From: Strigamia acuminata
Lineage: Eukaryota
Length of the DNA stretch: 64,000 nucleotides
NCBI GenBank assembly: GCA_949358305.1
Contig: OX442314.1
Span: forward strand, 19,902,001-19,966,000
Direction of reading: 5' to 3'
A program made the translations under genes and the position numbers. A model generated the notes under the pieces. That model was not told the DNA's origin. It worked only from the letters and a program-made list of their open reading frames with translations, and did not search any database. Of this stretch, positions 1 through 13,430 are shown one piece after another (within the stretch, counting starts at the first letter, position 1; each line of letters starts with the position of its first letter).

Positions 1-1076
1 AAAACGACGCAAATAAACAAATTTTATTATCTTCCAATAGTTTCTATTTTCGCAATAAAATTTTTTTTTTAAATTTTCTTTTGATTGCTGAGCTAATCCA
101 ACGTCTTTTTCCAATAATGAAAAATAAAATTTCATTAAAAGAGCTTGCAAAAACAAATAAAATGCGCACAACGTAGAATCGTGATCATTTTCTCCAATTG
201 GCAGAAATTCTTACTTTACTAAAAAAAAGTTTTTCTTCATTCAAATTTTCTCGCCATTTTTTTTTTTTTTTTTTTAAATTGTGGATTTTGGTTTTTATTT
301 ATGTTTCGCCCAACAAAAAACAAAAAAGTTAAGTCTCTAATAAATAAAGGCAGGTTTGAACGGCGAGATTTACAGATCTATCAGATGCCGGCTCGCTTCA
401 ATTTCCTTCAGGTTTAAGCGTAAAATTTTATTGCCTTTTTCACTTTACGAGGTTGTTAATATGGCGCAGAAAACGATTTACAACCCAAATGCGTATTGGA
501 AAAGAAATGGAGAATTAACAATCACCTCACTGAAAAATCTATAAAAATAAAACGACCAAGTTCAATAGGGATGAACCTGATCGATTTGAGAACGTAATTT
601 CATTTCATTATCGGAATGCGTTAAAAATTGGAATGTCATGACAAGGTTTCTCTTTGAGAAAATAAAAAATGTAAAATTTTCCATTTACTCCCCTCCTTAA
701 AAAAAAATCTTTTTACAAAATAAATATTATATTAAATGATTACAAAAAAACCCTTCATGGACATGATATATGGTTTCATCTGCAAGCTGATAAATGCCTC
801 GAAAGAGAAGACAAGCTGAAGGAAAAAGAAAAGTCTAGTTTTTCTTATCAAGACTTACCACACCACCCGAATATGGCCCGTTCTTGGGACAAAATCTACC
901 GAAAAGCTTTTTTCTTACACCCTGGAATATGTCATTGCCAACTTTACAAGTCTATATCCTTATTAAAAACCCAAAATAAAAAATAAATGCAAATAAATAA
1001 ACTAATATTAAAAAAAAGTAAAAACAACATTTCTTTTTGTTATTCTTCCTGTGAATTTTTCATTAAAACCACAAAT

Positions 1077-1230
1077 ACCACCACGAACAAAAAAAAAAAT
1101 CCCTTCAGTTTGACTGTTTTAAGTCTACCTATCAAGTGGCATACAAATCCATTGAGAATCAATGACATCAGTCCTGGCCCGGTCTCTTTGACTCCGGAAA
1201 ATGTAATCACTGTCTTGTCTTGACCAGGCA
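1077..1230 (-). mobile_element. Degenerate copy of the MITE family seen at 23158-23370, in opposite orientation
   Basis: The minus strand reads agagaccgggccaggactgatgtcattgattctcaatggatttgtatgccacttgatag. This closely matches agagaccgggtcaagattgatgtcgttgaatctcaatggatttttatgccacctggtag inside the 23158-23370 element. Boundaries are approximate. Confidence 0.6.
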
Positions 1231-2576
1231 ATTGATGTACTGCAGAGAAGTTTTTTTTTTATCCAAGAGCGTACGTATTAAATCCAGTCTTGATTCTCGA
1301 CTTAATAAACATTTTTCCGTTTCAAGCTGTCAAAACATTCAATTAATCAACTCCAGATTCAATACCAACTGAAGAGAGTGTGTTCAATAAATGAGTTGTC
1401 TTCCAACTTAAATTGTAATTAGAAGAAACCAGATCTAACCCACCTTTAAACACGCACACAGTCAACTTAAAAGAAAAGCCGAGCTCTTGAAACTTATTCC
1501 TTAAAACTTTACACACCTTCGGTGCCTGTTTTAAAAGAATAACATTTGGCTAAGTCGTCGGGGAGTTTCGGCATAAGAACACGGAATTTAATTAGATTCT
1601 AAGAAAACTTAAGATTAATTCAACGCAGTTGCTTTGATGCTGACTCACAAGAGGGTTCCGTTAAACACAATAGAAAAACAAAATAAGTGACACGGTATAG
1701 CAATCAGTTGCAAGATGTAGGTAGAACTGAGTGCAAGCAAGTTGTTTTTCTTATTTACGATTGCGACAGGTTGGAAGCTGTCTTATCTACTGCAGGTATA
1801 TTGCAAGTTTGCTTTGTAAACAGCTGTAATTTGAAAGACGAAACGTTCGCGTACTGTGTTGACTTCGCTGATGACTTGCCTTCATCGTTATGGATGTTTA
1901 CCTGCCTAAACGAGCAGAAGAAATAAATTAGGGTAGAAAAAAAGAAGTAAAATCCCGCTAAAAGTTTCGATTAGAAGATTGCTTATTGGATAAATAGCCT
2001 AACCATAAAAAAAATGAATTAATGAGGAAGAAAAATAAAAATAAGAGCTGGAATGTAACAGCTGTGAAAAACATCAATCATCAAAACATCGAAGCATCAA
2101 CAACCTGAAGGTATGGAAGCCTCGTGTAATAACAAAAACATGAAATTTGCAAGTCGTACGCCCCGTAAAATATGAGATAATGTTGGCAAACAAATATTTT
2201 GCATAGTTTGTAAAACCGAAAACTGGTAAACTTCCAGAGTTTTGTTTTTTTTAATACAAAATACTGTACCCGCGCAGTAAATGCTCATGCGATGTTTCTC
2301 CCGCTTCTGTTTGTGCATCTAGCACTAGAGATCTACAATAATCTACTGCAGCGCTTCTCAAAGCGGTGGTCCGCGAGCAAGAGACTGCCGGTCCACCACT
2401 TTACCGTTGAAACTTAAAGATTATACAGTAGAACCTCGATTATCGGAACACTGATTAGACAAACTTTCGGTTATCCGAACAGCAGTCAAGCAATTTTTTA
2501 TCGATTTTTTACCGATCTTTATCGGTTTATAATCGAATATTAATGTTTTTTGACGATTTTCACACTTTTAATCGTT

Positions 2577-3443
2577 TTAGCCTTCTAAACCTAATGTTTA
2601 GAAAGTCTAATAAAACGGTTCTGTCCGTCTGTCCGTCTGCATCAATTCCTCCAAAACGAAAGCAGATAGAGCCAAACGGGCAACTGCAATGAACTCAGCA
2701 TACCTAAGGTTTTTTCGTATTTCTCTGACCTCCGGTTAAATTAAGAAACTAGTTATTACACTTTTTTTACAAACTGGCGTACTATATTTTACGTTATTTC
2801 CGGTTTTTTAGACTTGTCGGCTGCCGCTGACAGTGTGCAGAAGCTGGCTGGACAGGGTGTGGTTGGATTCGTCCAGCGCATGGCATTTGGAATAAGTCAG
2901 ACTTCCAGTAAATGAGATCTCCTCTTCTCTTGTCAATAACATAGGCATAACCATCGAGTTTGGGTTTTTCTCTGATAGTCTCTTCCATGTTAACTGCCAT
3001 TGTGTGTCCGGTGCTGTAGTTGCAACTGTTTATGCTAAGTTTGCTGAAGCAGTTGCAAGGCATCACGTTAATGCGACGAAATGACCGATTCGAGAAATGA
3101 ACGTGGGAGAAATGAAACTGCAGCAAAGGGAGTTAAAAATTACTTTTCGAAGTAAAGACTGTCGAAGAAATGAACGAAATCTTCGAAAATTTGAATAAAT
3201 AAAATTCGAAGAAGTGATGGGGAATTGCTGATGGCTGTTGTTGGGCTATCTTACGGAATTTGATCATTTTTGATCAAATTTTGGTGAGATTTTGTTTGTT
3301 GTTGCTTTATTTTGGCCAAAAATCTTTTTTTTTATTACTTTATTCTCTTTTATTTTGGTGTTTTATTTAGCAACAGACGGACAGGGGTTTAGAAGTCTAA
3401 GATGTAATGCTTCCATGCATTACAGATAAGTTATTTACTTGTT
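2577..3443 (+). mobile_element. DINE-1/Helentron-type non-autonomous element (HINE) nested in the pogo MITE
   Basis: 5' subTIR TTAGCCTTCTAAACC (2577-2591) with a nearby partial inverted copy (2596-2610). GTCY microsatellite ctgtccgtctgtccgtctg (2621-2639). 3' subTIR GGTTTAGAAGTCTAA (3386-3400; 14/15 match). 3' hairpin TGTAATGC-ttccat-GCATTACA (3403-3424). T-rich insertion site. Confidence 0.7.
2860..3232 (-). mobile_element. Mutator-like (MULE) fragment: terminal ~15-bp repeats plus a decayed FLYWCH zinc-finger start
   Basis: Minus-strand peptide from 2988 is MEETIREKPKLDGYAYVIDKRRGDLIYWKSDLFQMPCAGRI, resembling the FLYWCH pattern (R.KPKL..GY.Y.....YW.C...C.GR) with the first Cys lost. It is preceded by ~15-bp periodic gaaatga/ttcgaag repeats at 3079-3220. 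Confidence 0.55.
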
Positions 3444-6400
3444 TTAAAATGTTTTTTGACAATTTTTATCCATTTTTGGTCCGTTTTAATGCATTGTAAC
3501 TATATTTTAATGACTTTTTATTTTCATACGCAGTACACATACGTGTATAAATCTCATGTTCGATTATCCGAACAATTCGGTTTTATGAACACCCATGTCC
3601 CCAATAAGTTCGGATAATCGAGGGTCTACTGTATATAGGCTTAGTGGAATAATGTTAGGTTACCGGTTCGCAACACATTGGGGCAAAAATTACCGGTCCA
3701 CTACATTACTTAGTTTGAGAAGCGCTGACCTAGTGCACGTGCACTATACCATTTGGGAAATACCCAAAGCTCCGTGGACGACCATTTTAAAAACCACAAG
3801 TCAAGATGACAGTAGTAATTAACCTCTGTGTGCGCAAAGTTTGACACAACAAATCATGCAAAAAAAATTGTTTTCAAAATAAAAATTAAAGTCAACAAAA
3901 TCGAGAGAGATCAAATGTCAAGATCAAGATGTGCAGAGTGTGGCCTTAATCTTTACTCTATCTTGAATTGCCCGTATAAACTTTAAATTGATTAGCTTTT
4001 ACGTGAGAAGCAGATTATCTCTGATTACTATTGTGTTTACAATTAACGTCAACAAACCCTATTAAAAACATGATTTATAGGACAATCATGCGTGTGCTTG
4101 AGACCCTAATGAGAATAAAGACACCACTAGTTTATCATTAAATAGCAAATAAAAAAAATACTTTTGACCTCGATAATTGTCTCATGCAACCATACAGGAA
4201 TTGAATTGCAACGTCACTCCCAACTTCCAATACAATACGCGAGTGTGCAATTAAAATTCATCGACCATATGCTAAGAAGAAAATTGGTTCCAATCATTAC
4301 ATTCCATTCATTTTTATCTCTTTTGAGTCTAATCGAGTGAAGAGTCGTCAAAGTACAAAGAATTCTTTACATTTTGCACTCATTAAAAATCTTACAGAAG
4401 AGAAGAGAAGTTTAGCCGATCAGGTGATGAGTTTAAAGGCTTGAGAATGCGGAACATTTTATCAATATCATTCATGCTGCATTAAAAGTTCAAATTACAT
4501 CAAGATGACTCTTCACGATGAGAAAATAGAAACTTTTTCAATTTCCCAAGCAATATCGATGTTCAATTTAATCCCATTCACAAAACTTCTTTGTTTATTG
4601 ATTAAAATTTAAACGCTCCCCACAAATCTGAAAGCAAAATTTAAAAAAGCGTATTTAATGTCACCAATCCCCTCGATCTAAAGTCTCTTACCAGTCTTTG
4701 TGTCGCCCGATCTCGCATTCCAATCCACCCAGTCGCCCGATCTCCTGCCGCCATACATTCCACCCAAATTTCATTAGTGTTTCCCATCAAATCCATAAAA
4801 TGTATCTACAAATAACGTCAGCATCGCCTTCACACTTACTGCAGTAGTTCAGTCACGTCTACATTGACTTCGTTTCGAAGTAGTGCAACATTGGTATAAC
4901 TCCCAGCATAAAAATAAAAATAAAAATTCTTTAGTAAAAATCACCCTTAAAGTTGCTCTAATCCGTGTAATCACATTGAACCCCACTGTAGCTTATATGG
5001 AAAGTTATACTACCGGTAAATGTGCCCAAACCTTTGGGGAACACCCCCGTTTTATCAAATTTTTTCGTAAACAAACTCAATTTATTTTCACTGTACCATA
5101 ATGGAAAAACCATCTTCATGAGGCTTTTTGCATTAAATAGAAGCTGTTTTGTAGTTCTATTATTCTCTTATAAAGATTACACAAACTTCAGCTGTTGATT
5201 TAATCGATAACTATTAGGCCTAGTCCGATTATCTCACAAATACCTTTGTATCGGCCATTATTGCGTCAATAATAAAATTTGGAATTTCCAAGTTATTCTA
5301 AATACAGGAACAAAATTCTGTTTACAGCATGTCCTCAATTTTAAATGCGCGGCTCTAAATCTACATTACTAGCATTGAACTACCACAAACACGTGTAATG
5401 GCAAAGAAGGGATATGCAAGAGCGCTTACCAAAACCTAACAGCCATCGTTCCTACAATTATATTTCCCTAAACATGACCTCAATATCATTTATTTATATT
5501 GGTGTTAACCACTTACTCTTACTACCCTTTACTGTAACCACCATAAAGTTGCGCAAATTATTTTACAACTCATGAATGGACTTCAATAAAGTATGTTTTC
5601 CGATACATCCCCTGCAATTTAAATCCTCTTTATCCAGATAAATGTTTTCCTGTAAATTCTGTCACATTTTATTCTTTAAAAAAAACTGCACATAGAATAA
5701 AGCCCCGCCTCGTAGCAACAACAGATTGATGCGTTATATGCATTAAATTGCATAAAATAACACTTACCAATTTTATCACATGATGGCTCTCACCGTTGCA
5801 TCCTATCATTAGCCTTCTGGCTTTTTTGTAGCAGTAACAATTTCTGAACATTAATGTTCGCACACCATTCAAACCATTTTTTATTCCTCTGCAATAAATT
5901 TTTATGTTTAAAAAAATTACAAAACTCGTGCAGTTAGCTTTTTTATTAGTTGAGAAATTTTTAATCATTGCACTTGTCCCTTGTTCCTACTTTAATCTCG
6001 CTTTTCCAATTCAACTAACACTTACCTTTTTTTTTATTATAAGTGTATACATATAATGGATAAAAACTTTACTTTTGGCCATTAACTCAAATACGACTCA
6101 AAACCCTCCGTACAGCAACAAATGCGTTTTATCTCTATTTCATTGCAATATAAATTAACTTCGTTATATCGAAAAAGTATCATTTAATTTCGCTTGGGTG
6201 CAAATTTTCCCATTCAATTGCATTTCATCCACTTTTTAAATCTTGTTTTTCTATCTCAACAAATTAAACCACCAAAATATATTATTTTGTAAAAAGAAAC
6301 AATAACAACAACAACAACAACTTCAGTTGTGATTAACAGCCAACAAAGAAAACCCAACTACTTACATCACTAAGCAAACAAATGACCAAAAGTCTCACAT

Positions 6401-7280
6401 ACCAGAAGTCTTAAGGGAAAGACTTTTAAATCGATTTCTTTTAAAAAGAGTAAAAAGAAACCGCATAGTAAGCAAAACTAAGCTTTCGAAGGGAATAAAA
6501 GAAAGGGAAAAAAGTGAGCGGTTTAAAGTTTCGCTAAGTCAACTCAACTTTATTCGAAAGTTGTCTTAATTTGTTCTTGTCAATTAAGTACGCGTTTAGA
6601 AGTAGTAATGCGGTGGCTTTAAATGATGATTAAGAAGCAGATGTCCTTTTTCTCTCGGCTAGAGAAAACACCATCTCCAAAAGAAACGTTCACAATTGAA
6701 TTTTTTTTCTAATCTTCTCCCCCTACTCCCGTTTCTTTTCTTTTCTTTTCTTTTCTTTTCATTTCTGTTTGAACTAACCTTGTACGACAACCGTCTTTGC
6801 CATTAATCTAATTAAACTTTATACTCATTTATGCAATTAAATGTTTCTCCGGTTACAGACAATGTTGTACAACCTTTTAAATGACTGTCATCTCAATTCG
6901 AAAAAAAATAATTATACGAAATGTTAAATAGGCATCCAAAGCGTTCAACTCCCAAAAGAACTAGAATTAAATTGCAATTTTTTTAGTCAACAAATTAAAC
7001 GAGTGACAACACAAATAACAAATCTACTTGAAGAATCTACTCCCCTTTACGTACACAAATATTCTAACAAAATAAACACCCCCAAAATTTAAGCATTCAA
7101 TGTCTAACAACCAAAAAAATATATGTATAATATACATGTAAAAACCTAGGTGTTTTATGTTGTTTATTAGAAATAATGTATTGTTTATTTGATTAAAAAT
7201 GTTACAATTAGTCGATTACAATGCAATGTTACTACAAAACCGAAAATACGTCGTGGACTTTTTAAAAGTGTATTTAAATA

Positions 7281-7468
7281 CAGTGTAGGCTGTGTAGCCC
7301 GGACATAGGACGGGACCCAGAAAGTTGTCCGGACTAAGGGGCTGTCCAGATGGGAAAAGGGAATTTAGCATGGCTGGGTATAGGCGGGACCAATTTAGGA
7401 CCTCAAAACCTGTCCGGACCACAGAGCTTGTCCGGTCGGGAGGTGTCCAGACTACACAGCTTACACTG
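7281..7468. mobile_element. pogo/Tc1-mariner-type MITE
   Basis: TA flanks. 25-bp TIRs CAGTGTAGGCTGTGTAGCCCGGACA and TGTCCAGACTACACAGCTTACACTG. Internal TGTCCGG repeats. Confidence 0.8.
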
Positions 7469-7610
7469 TAAGCCGTAGTGGTCAATAAAATTAATATTAA
7501 CTGTAACTTGAACTTATATAGTCGCATGGTCGCTTTATTTGAAATTGAACGCAAGAATTCGAAACGAAATTAAGGAACAATTGCAGATTAGCCAATTTAA
7601 AATTATAATA

Positions 7611-7779
7611 CAGTCGAAACTCTTTATAACGAATCGCAAGGGACCCGAAAAATCGATTCGTTATATCGAATTTTTTTTTAACATGGTGTGCTATGGCCAG
7701 CCAACCAAACAATCATGTTTAGGTATTCGTTATATCAATAATTCGTTACATCGCGATTCGTTATAAAGAGTTTCGACTG
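7611..7779. mobile_element. pogo/Tigger-like MITE
   Basis: TA flanks. Perfect 27-bp TIR CAGTCGAAACTCTTTATAACGAATCGC. Internal ATTCGTTATA repeats. A related copy lies at 40503-40682. Confidence 0.88.
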
Positions 7780-9355
7780 TATTTTACAATGTATCCACGT
7801 TTTAAACAAAAAATGTCAAATCAAACGTGGGCGACGGCGACACCGCCACTTGTTCCAAAATCACTAGGCCCCCTCATCTCCTCGTTTAGACAAATGCACA
7901 GCACTTTTTAACTGTTTACGCATTCTCGCCGGAGTTTGAATACGCAAGTTGAAAGCACTCAGTTATTGAGAGCAGCGGGATATCAGCAAACAACTTTCGA
8001 GAGCTGAATCTTCCATTACTTTAAAATGTAAGATTTAACTTCATGTTAATGTTAATTTCCGAGTGTGGCAGTAGAGTGCCCGAACGGCTACGCATTGTTT
8101 ATCGCTTCCATTGCAAGCTGGTGAAGATTAACGTTTTACCAATTTATTTTTTAACGTTCTTCATTTTATTTAATCCAACGTCAACATTAACTTCCTGCTA
8201 ATAACAAATTTTCATCCAGCATTTTAAATATTTATAGATTTAATAAAGCACTTCAAAAAATTACAGAATAAAATCAAACTACTGGTTAAATTGCACCAAA
8301 ACAGTCTGTCGTTGCCATGGCATCTATTCAACGCATTGGTTTTTCTGTTTTTACGACAGATAATGCAGTGCTCATATTGCAGCTATCACTGGATTTTTAT
8401 AGTGCTGGGGAGAAATATAATGACCACATCAAATCACTAAAACTTATTTCAGTCGAAATCTTTGCGGTGCAAATGGGAAATTACTCAATTATTTATGAAT
8501 ATATGGTTGAATTAAAATTAAAATACATTTTTAATGTATAAAATTTTACCGTGAAAAATGCATTTAAAAGCAATAGAATTTTAAAGCTTTTATCTAAGAT
8601 AATTAGAGAAGAGAAAGAAGAGAATAAGTAATTAATCATAAAAAATTTCCATTTAAAAAAAAATTAATAAATAAAAATATCATTTCAGTAAACACTTACA
8701 GTAATCTAAATTATGATTCATTTTATCCTTTTGCAAATTAAGTTATTTCAAATTTTTTAAACAAAATTAATCAAAGCTGTTACACTTAATTCTCAATTTT
8801 TCCAATGTAATTACATAGAAATGCAACGTATCGTGAATAGGCAAAAAGATTTCTTGAAAACCATATTTATCTAATTGCAAAAATTGAAAAATGAAATGTT
8901 TATGCAGCTTAAAAACTCCACTGGTATAATTTAATAAAGAAATAATCAAAAAACATTTTTTTCCCAAGTCAATTGAATAAGAGGTCATTAGTAGAAAATG
9001 AAGAAATTTGAACGCAATTGAAAAAACATGTTTCCCTCGATTAACTTTTTCTTATCCATTCGTGTGAAATATTGCTTACATCTGTCTACATGGGGTAATG
9101 ACTTTATTTTTTCGCGTCATTCATTTCAAATCCCAGATTCAGTTTCTTGCAATCAGCAGCAATGAAAAACACCTGGTCACTGATGAACACAAACCAAAAG
9201 GGGTTCCAAAATGCGGCTCATTTCTCCCAAAACCTAATTACTTATTTCACTCACTCAAATCAGCAGCTGCAACTCTATTTAAAAAATCGTGCCAACTCAG
9301 AGAGTGCGTACAAAACGCTCCGCTTTATACCAACAATCCATTAGAAAAAAGTGCG

Positions 9356-9475
9356 CAGGGCCGGCTCAGACGTCGTTTTTTCGGGCCCCAGCCCGGGGTC
9401 CCGCACTTTCGAAAGGAAAAACAATAAAAAATAAAAATAATTTTTTTTTTGCAAATATTTTGGGGCCCTAAAAAT
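9356..9475. mobile_element. Truncated hAT-like element end
   Basis: Begins CAGGGCCGGCTC with GGGCCC subterminal motifs in a GC-rich patch. No matching opposite TIR was found. Confidence 0.35.
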
Positions 9476-12400
9476 AACTTTTAGGGTGAAATTCCTAAAT
9501 TACTATAATTCATTTTCAATACAAACTTAAATTACTATTAAATTCTGTAGTGGTAATTTTATTTCAACTCAAAAATTGCTCTCGAAAACTTCAACATTTT
9601 TTCCAAAGAATTGTAAAACCTCTGTTGCTTCAGCTGCGTCAACATATCACTTCCTACATAATTCAATTTCCTACTTCTTGTTTGCTTTCTAATAAACTTA
9701 AACCACTACACACATTCACCGACTGACGACAAACCGCATATCAAGTCACTTTCGCCACACTAGGTATTGATGATATCACCAGCATCACCCATCAATGCAT
9801 CACCACTCTCGAACAAACGTTGCACGAATCAACAAAACATGCCATATCAACAAGTTACACAAAACAGACAATAAACGCAATTACTGTACCCAAATTGAAC
9901 CAGAAAAACCATTAAAAAATAATATAAGAGAAAAAATACTCCTGTAAGTTACCTGTGAGGCTGGTTATTGTTCCACGCATGCGTAGACATGCAGAGCTGT
10001 CGGAGCAGCTGTTGCTCACGGTGCGATGATATTGCGCATTCGTGCAATCGTATCCAGATGTACTATGCATTGTATACAAGAAGTGCCGCAGGATGTACTA
10101 CACAAATCAGGGATAATTCGACCAAGTTTTGATTGTGTTTTGTCTATAAACAAAAACAAAAATGAAATAAATAAATGCTTACATGTATTACATAATTGAT
10201 TTAAAAATTTGCAAGCACACAAAAACCTTTTCCCAATGGAACAAATTGATTGAAACTTTTTCTTTCACCACTACACTATACTAAAAAATTCAGTCATTAA
10301 GCTTCAGTTGTTTTCATTAAATGTTTCATAAATATTCACGAATCGTTCCGAGAAAATAGCAAACGGCAAATGGGACCAGTTCGAGATTGATTATTTGAAG
10401 CTCGTTCAAATAAATTCATCAGTTATACTCGCGATACAGAGAACGACTGTTATTTCTTTGACGTAATTGCTGTAAACAATGAGTCCGCTTGTGTAAAATT
10501 CCCAAATGACACCATTGTAGATCCTGGATATCTAAAAACTGAAACACACAATTTATACTTCTATTTCAGATGTTGGTGTTTTTGTAAAGAGAATTAAATT
10601 ACAATTACAATACGCGATTTCGTAACAGTCCAAAGGCGTTAGGAGAAAAATCGTGTATTGTAATTGACATTTAATTGGCTTTGAATAGAGATAAATTACA
10701 CAGGAATAACTTAACCATGACAGCCATGACCCATTCCTCGTTTGTTTCAAGTTTTAGTAAAACCCAAGTACGTAACATCCAGTTTCCCCACCATTTCTTG
10801 TATAGAGGAATTATTTAGCGCCAGCTGAAGTCAAAACTATGAACTAAAATACCATAACTACTGTTACACCACTTTAATTCACTTTTAAAAAACCATTTAG
10901 TGTAATATTAAGCTAAAAGCTAAAATATATACCGTACTAATTTTAAATTCCCTTAATTTGCTGCAAATCCCATTTCCAAACAGCATTCAACACTAAACTT
11001 TAAAAACTAAATAAAATGTATTGCTTATTCCGCACCGCACACAAGTGAAGTCATCAGTTGAACATTACACCCAAATTCACATCACGTAACTCAATTTAAA
11101 CTCGGGTAATTTCATCTTTCTCGTAATTACGCATAATAAAAATCCACAGTTTCTCGTGTCCCAATATCTTCACAAATATTAACACTGCGACATACAGGCA
11201 TAAAGGTGTTATTTCCCTACAGGGTACAACACCTGCTCAAGCTGTAAAAAAGGGCGGCTATGAGGTGCACATTAGTGCAATAATTTTTTCATCAGAAACC
11301 ATCAAGCGCATGCGCCGGCTTCAATAAAGTGTAGCACTCGCCAAGAAATTAATCACGCACTAGATAGTATCAGCTTGGCTGCCAGCCACTTTCCAATTAT
11401 TCTCTGCTTACAGAAATGCGCGCATGCTCACTCTGGATACGCGCCAACTAAATAATAGACATTTGAAACCTGGTTACATACAAAAAATTATTCAACAATA
11501 GAAACGTCGTATAGTAATCTGTCACCAGGATGAGTGAGCAGGACCGAGCCTCAAAGGGCAAAAACATATATATCGACTTTTACGCCACTAAAGAACTTGT
11601 GCAACCTACTTGATGAATTTTTTTTTTCAATAAAAAGATGCACATTGTATATGTCTAGCACTTTTGAGTGACAGCTCAAACCAGTCTAGTGAAAAACTTC
11701 CTTTTCGAATTTAAACTGAGAATTATGTAGAGTTGGTGTTTCAATAAATCCAGCATTTTTTCCGACGACAAATTCCGGCTATTAGACCGACGCCAATGCG
11801 ATTAACTTTTGACAGTTTGTTGATTACAGGTCTTTTTAAAATTGTTATTACATTCCGACATTTAAGGGTGAGGTGTAATCATTTTATTAGATTGTGCGCA
11901 TCGGTCGAGCATTTCAAACCTGGCGTCTTCAATATTGAGCGACTGTTGTCAGTCACAACAAATTTTCCACCCCTCTGCGGTAAAATGGTACTAAAGTGCC
12001 TTTCTCTGTTTTGCCACATCTGCTTTAATTTCCAGTGCGCTTTAGATTTCTGAGAGGACATTCTCCCAGAGGAGCTGAAAAAGAAGTTTAGGCAAGGCGC
12101 GATAGAAATAGGATAGTCACAGCTCGGTGCACATGCGCGTCAAATAACAATCTGTTGGCAGATGGAAAAGAAGTTTTCAAAAATTATCAACAATTCTCTC
12201 TCTACCGTCTTGTCCGAGATTTTCGTTTCATTTCATCCCACATATTTTTTTGTGTCTACATATCGAGTAATTATGTGATTAAGAACATTTTATTCCGCAA
12301 AACAATTTTCTTAATCGAGTATTATGTGATTAAGAACAGTTCTAGCATTGACAGCAATACTTATTGCTTTATTGTTAACGTCCACATTTTATTCAGCAAA

Positions 12401-13088
12401 ACAATTTTCTTAATGAGATGCAGAAATATATTACTTGCATGGTCCATTTAAGCATTCATTGATGACAAAATTAAGCTTTGTTTATGGTCTATTAGTGCCT
12501 TTGCAGAAAAAAACACGACTCCAAATGGATATGTAAGTGAGACAGCTATGTTTTTAATATCATTAATTCCCGCGTAATTTATATGTTTAGGATGTTCCAT
12601 CCACCAAAGTAAATTACCACGTAATTCTGTTTGTGGATAAAAATGATATAGATTTTTGTTTGGCGTCATCAAAGTTATCCAGAACTCTGCAGAAGCAGCC
12701 AAATGTTCCATAAAACTGTTTTGAGTTTTGATAATTCAAAATTTAATATATTCTAATAAATTGATTTTGCCAAACACTAGACATCATGTTATTAATTAAT
12801 TACATAAAATATCAAATTGCAACTTCTTATACTTGCAGTTGTTTGTCCTTTAAAAGAAACTAAAAAAAATAATTTTACAATAAATACCGACTAAATCTAG
12901 AAATATCCACTTTGGCCATTGCCTGGTTATATATAGTCTGAATTTCGTATACTTACAGAAACAAACTAAAACAATGGCACTTTAACTCATGGACCTAAAA
13001 GTTGTCCCTAAACCCCTAATGGCATAAATATACCAAACAGTATATTTTACCTTTACGCCTCTAAGGGTTAATTAAATTTAAATAAACT

Positions 13089-13430
13089 TATTTAGTGAAA
13101 ATTCATGCTCTATCTCCTGCCCACAAACTTCTGCTTGAAAAAAAAAACGAATTGGCTCGGACTCAGTGAAGTCCAGAGCTGGGAGTAGAACCCAAATGTG
13201 CCCAAATCCCCGTTCGCCGGACAGGTGCTCTACCAATTAAGATACCCAGAACTCCAACAGAATCACGAACCGAAACACTCTTAATCAACCAAACCGACAT
13301 GTTCACAAACAACATAGGCACTTAAACCCCCACAACAACCTTGTGTTTGTAATACCACTTCAGATTCTTCAATGCAGGAAACATGATTTTGTATTTAGAG
13401 AAAATTCATGGTCTACCTCCTACGCCCACA
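13089..13430 (-). mobile_element. Element with an internal tRNA-like cassette (13171-13252) bounded by ~38-bp direct repeats
   Basis: Direct repeats tatttagtgaaaattcatgctctatctcctgcccaca (13089-13125) and tatttagagaaaattcatggtctacctcctacgcccaca (13392-13430). On - there is an A-box-like TATCTTAATTGGTAGAGC, a stem-loop CCTGT-ccggcga-ACGGG, a B-box GGGTTCTACTCCC and an oligo-T tract. Confidence 0.6.

Larger units (their letters stand above)
2426..3631. mobile_element. pogo/Tigger-like MITE nested in the hAT element
   Basis: TA flanks at 2424-25 and 3632-33. TIRs CAGTAGAACCTCGATTATCGGAAC and GTTCGGATAATCGAGGGTCTACTG match at 22/24. Internal TTATCCGAAC subterminal repeats. Confidence 0.8.
2349..3727. 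mobile_element. hAT (Charlie/Buster-like) non-autonomous element; outermost member of a nest
   Basis: Perfect 14-bp TIRs: CAGCGCTTCTCAAA (2349) and TTTGAGAAGCGCTG (ends 3727). Imperfect 8-bp TSD ATCTACTG/ACCTAGTG with central TA. Confidence 0.75.

Noticed and set aside
1040..1231. 63-aa minus-strand ORF with apparent splice sites
   Set aside because: The sequence is a copy of the MITE at 23158-23370.
2050..2063. TGGAATGTAA resembling the miR-1 5' end
   Set aside because: The match stops after 10 nt and no precursor hairpin is evident.
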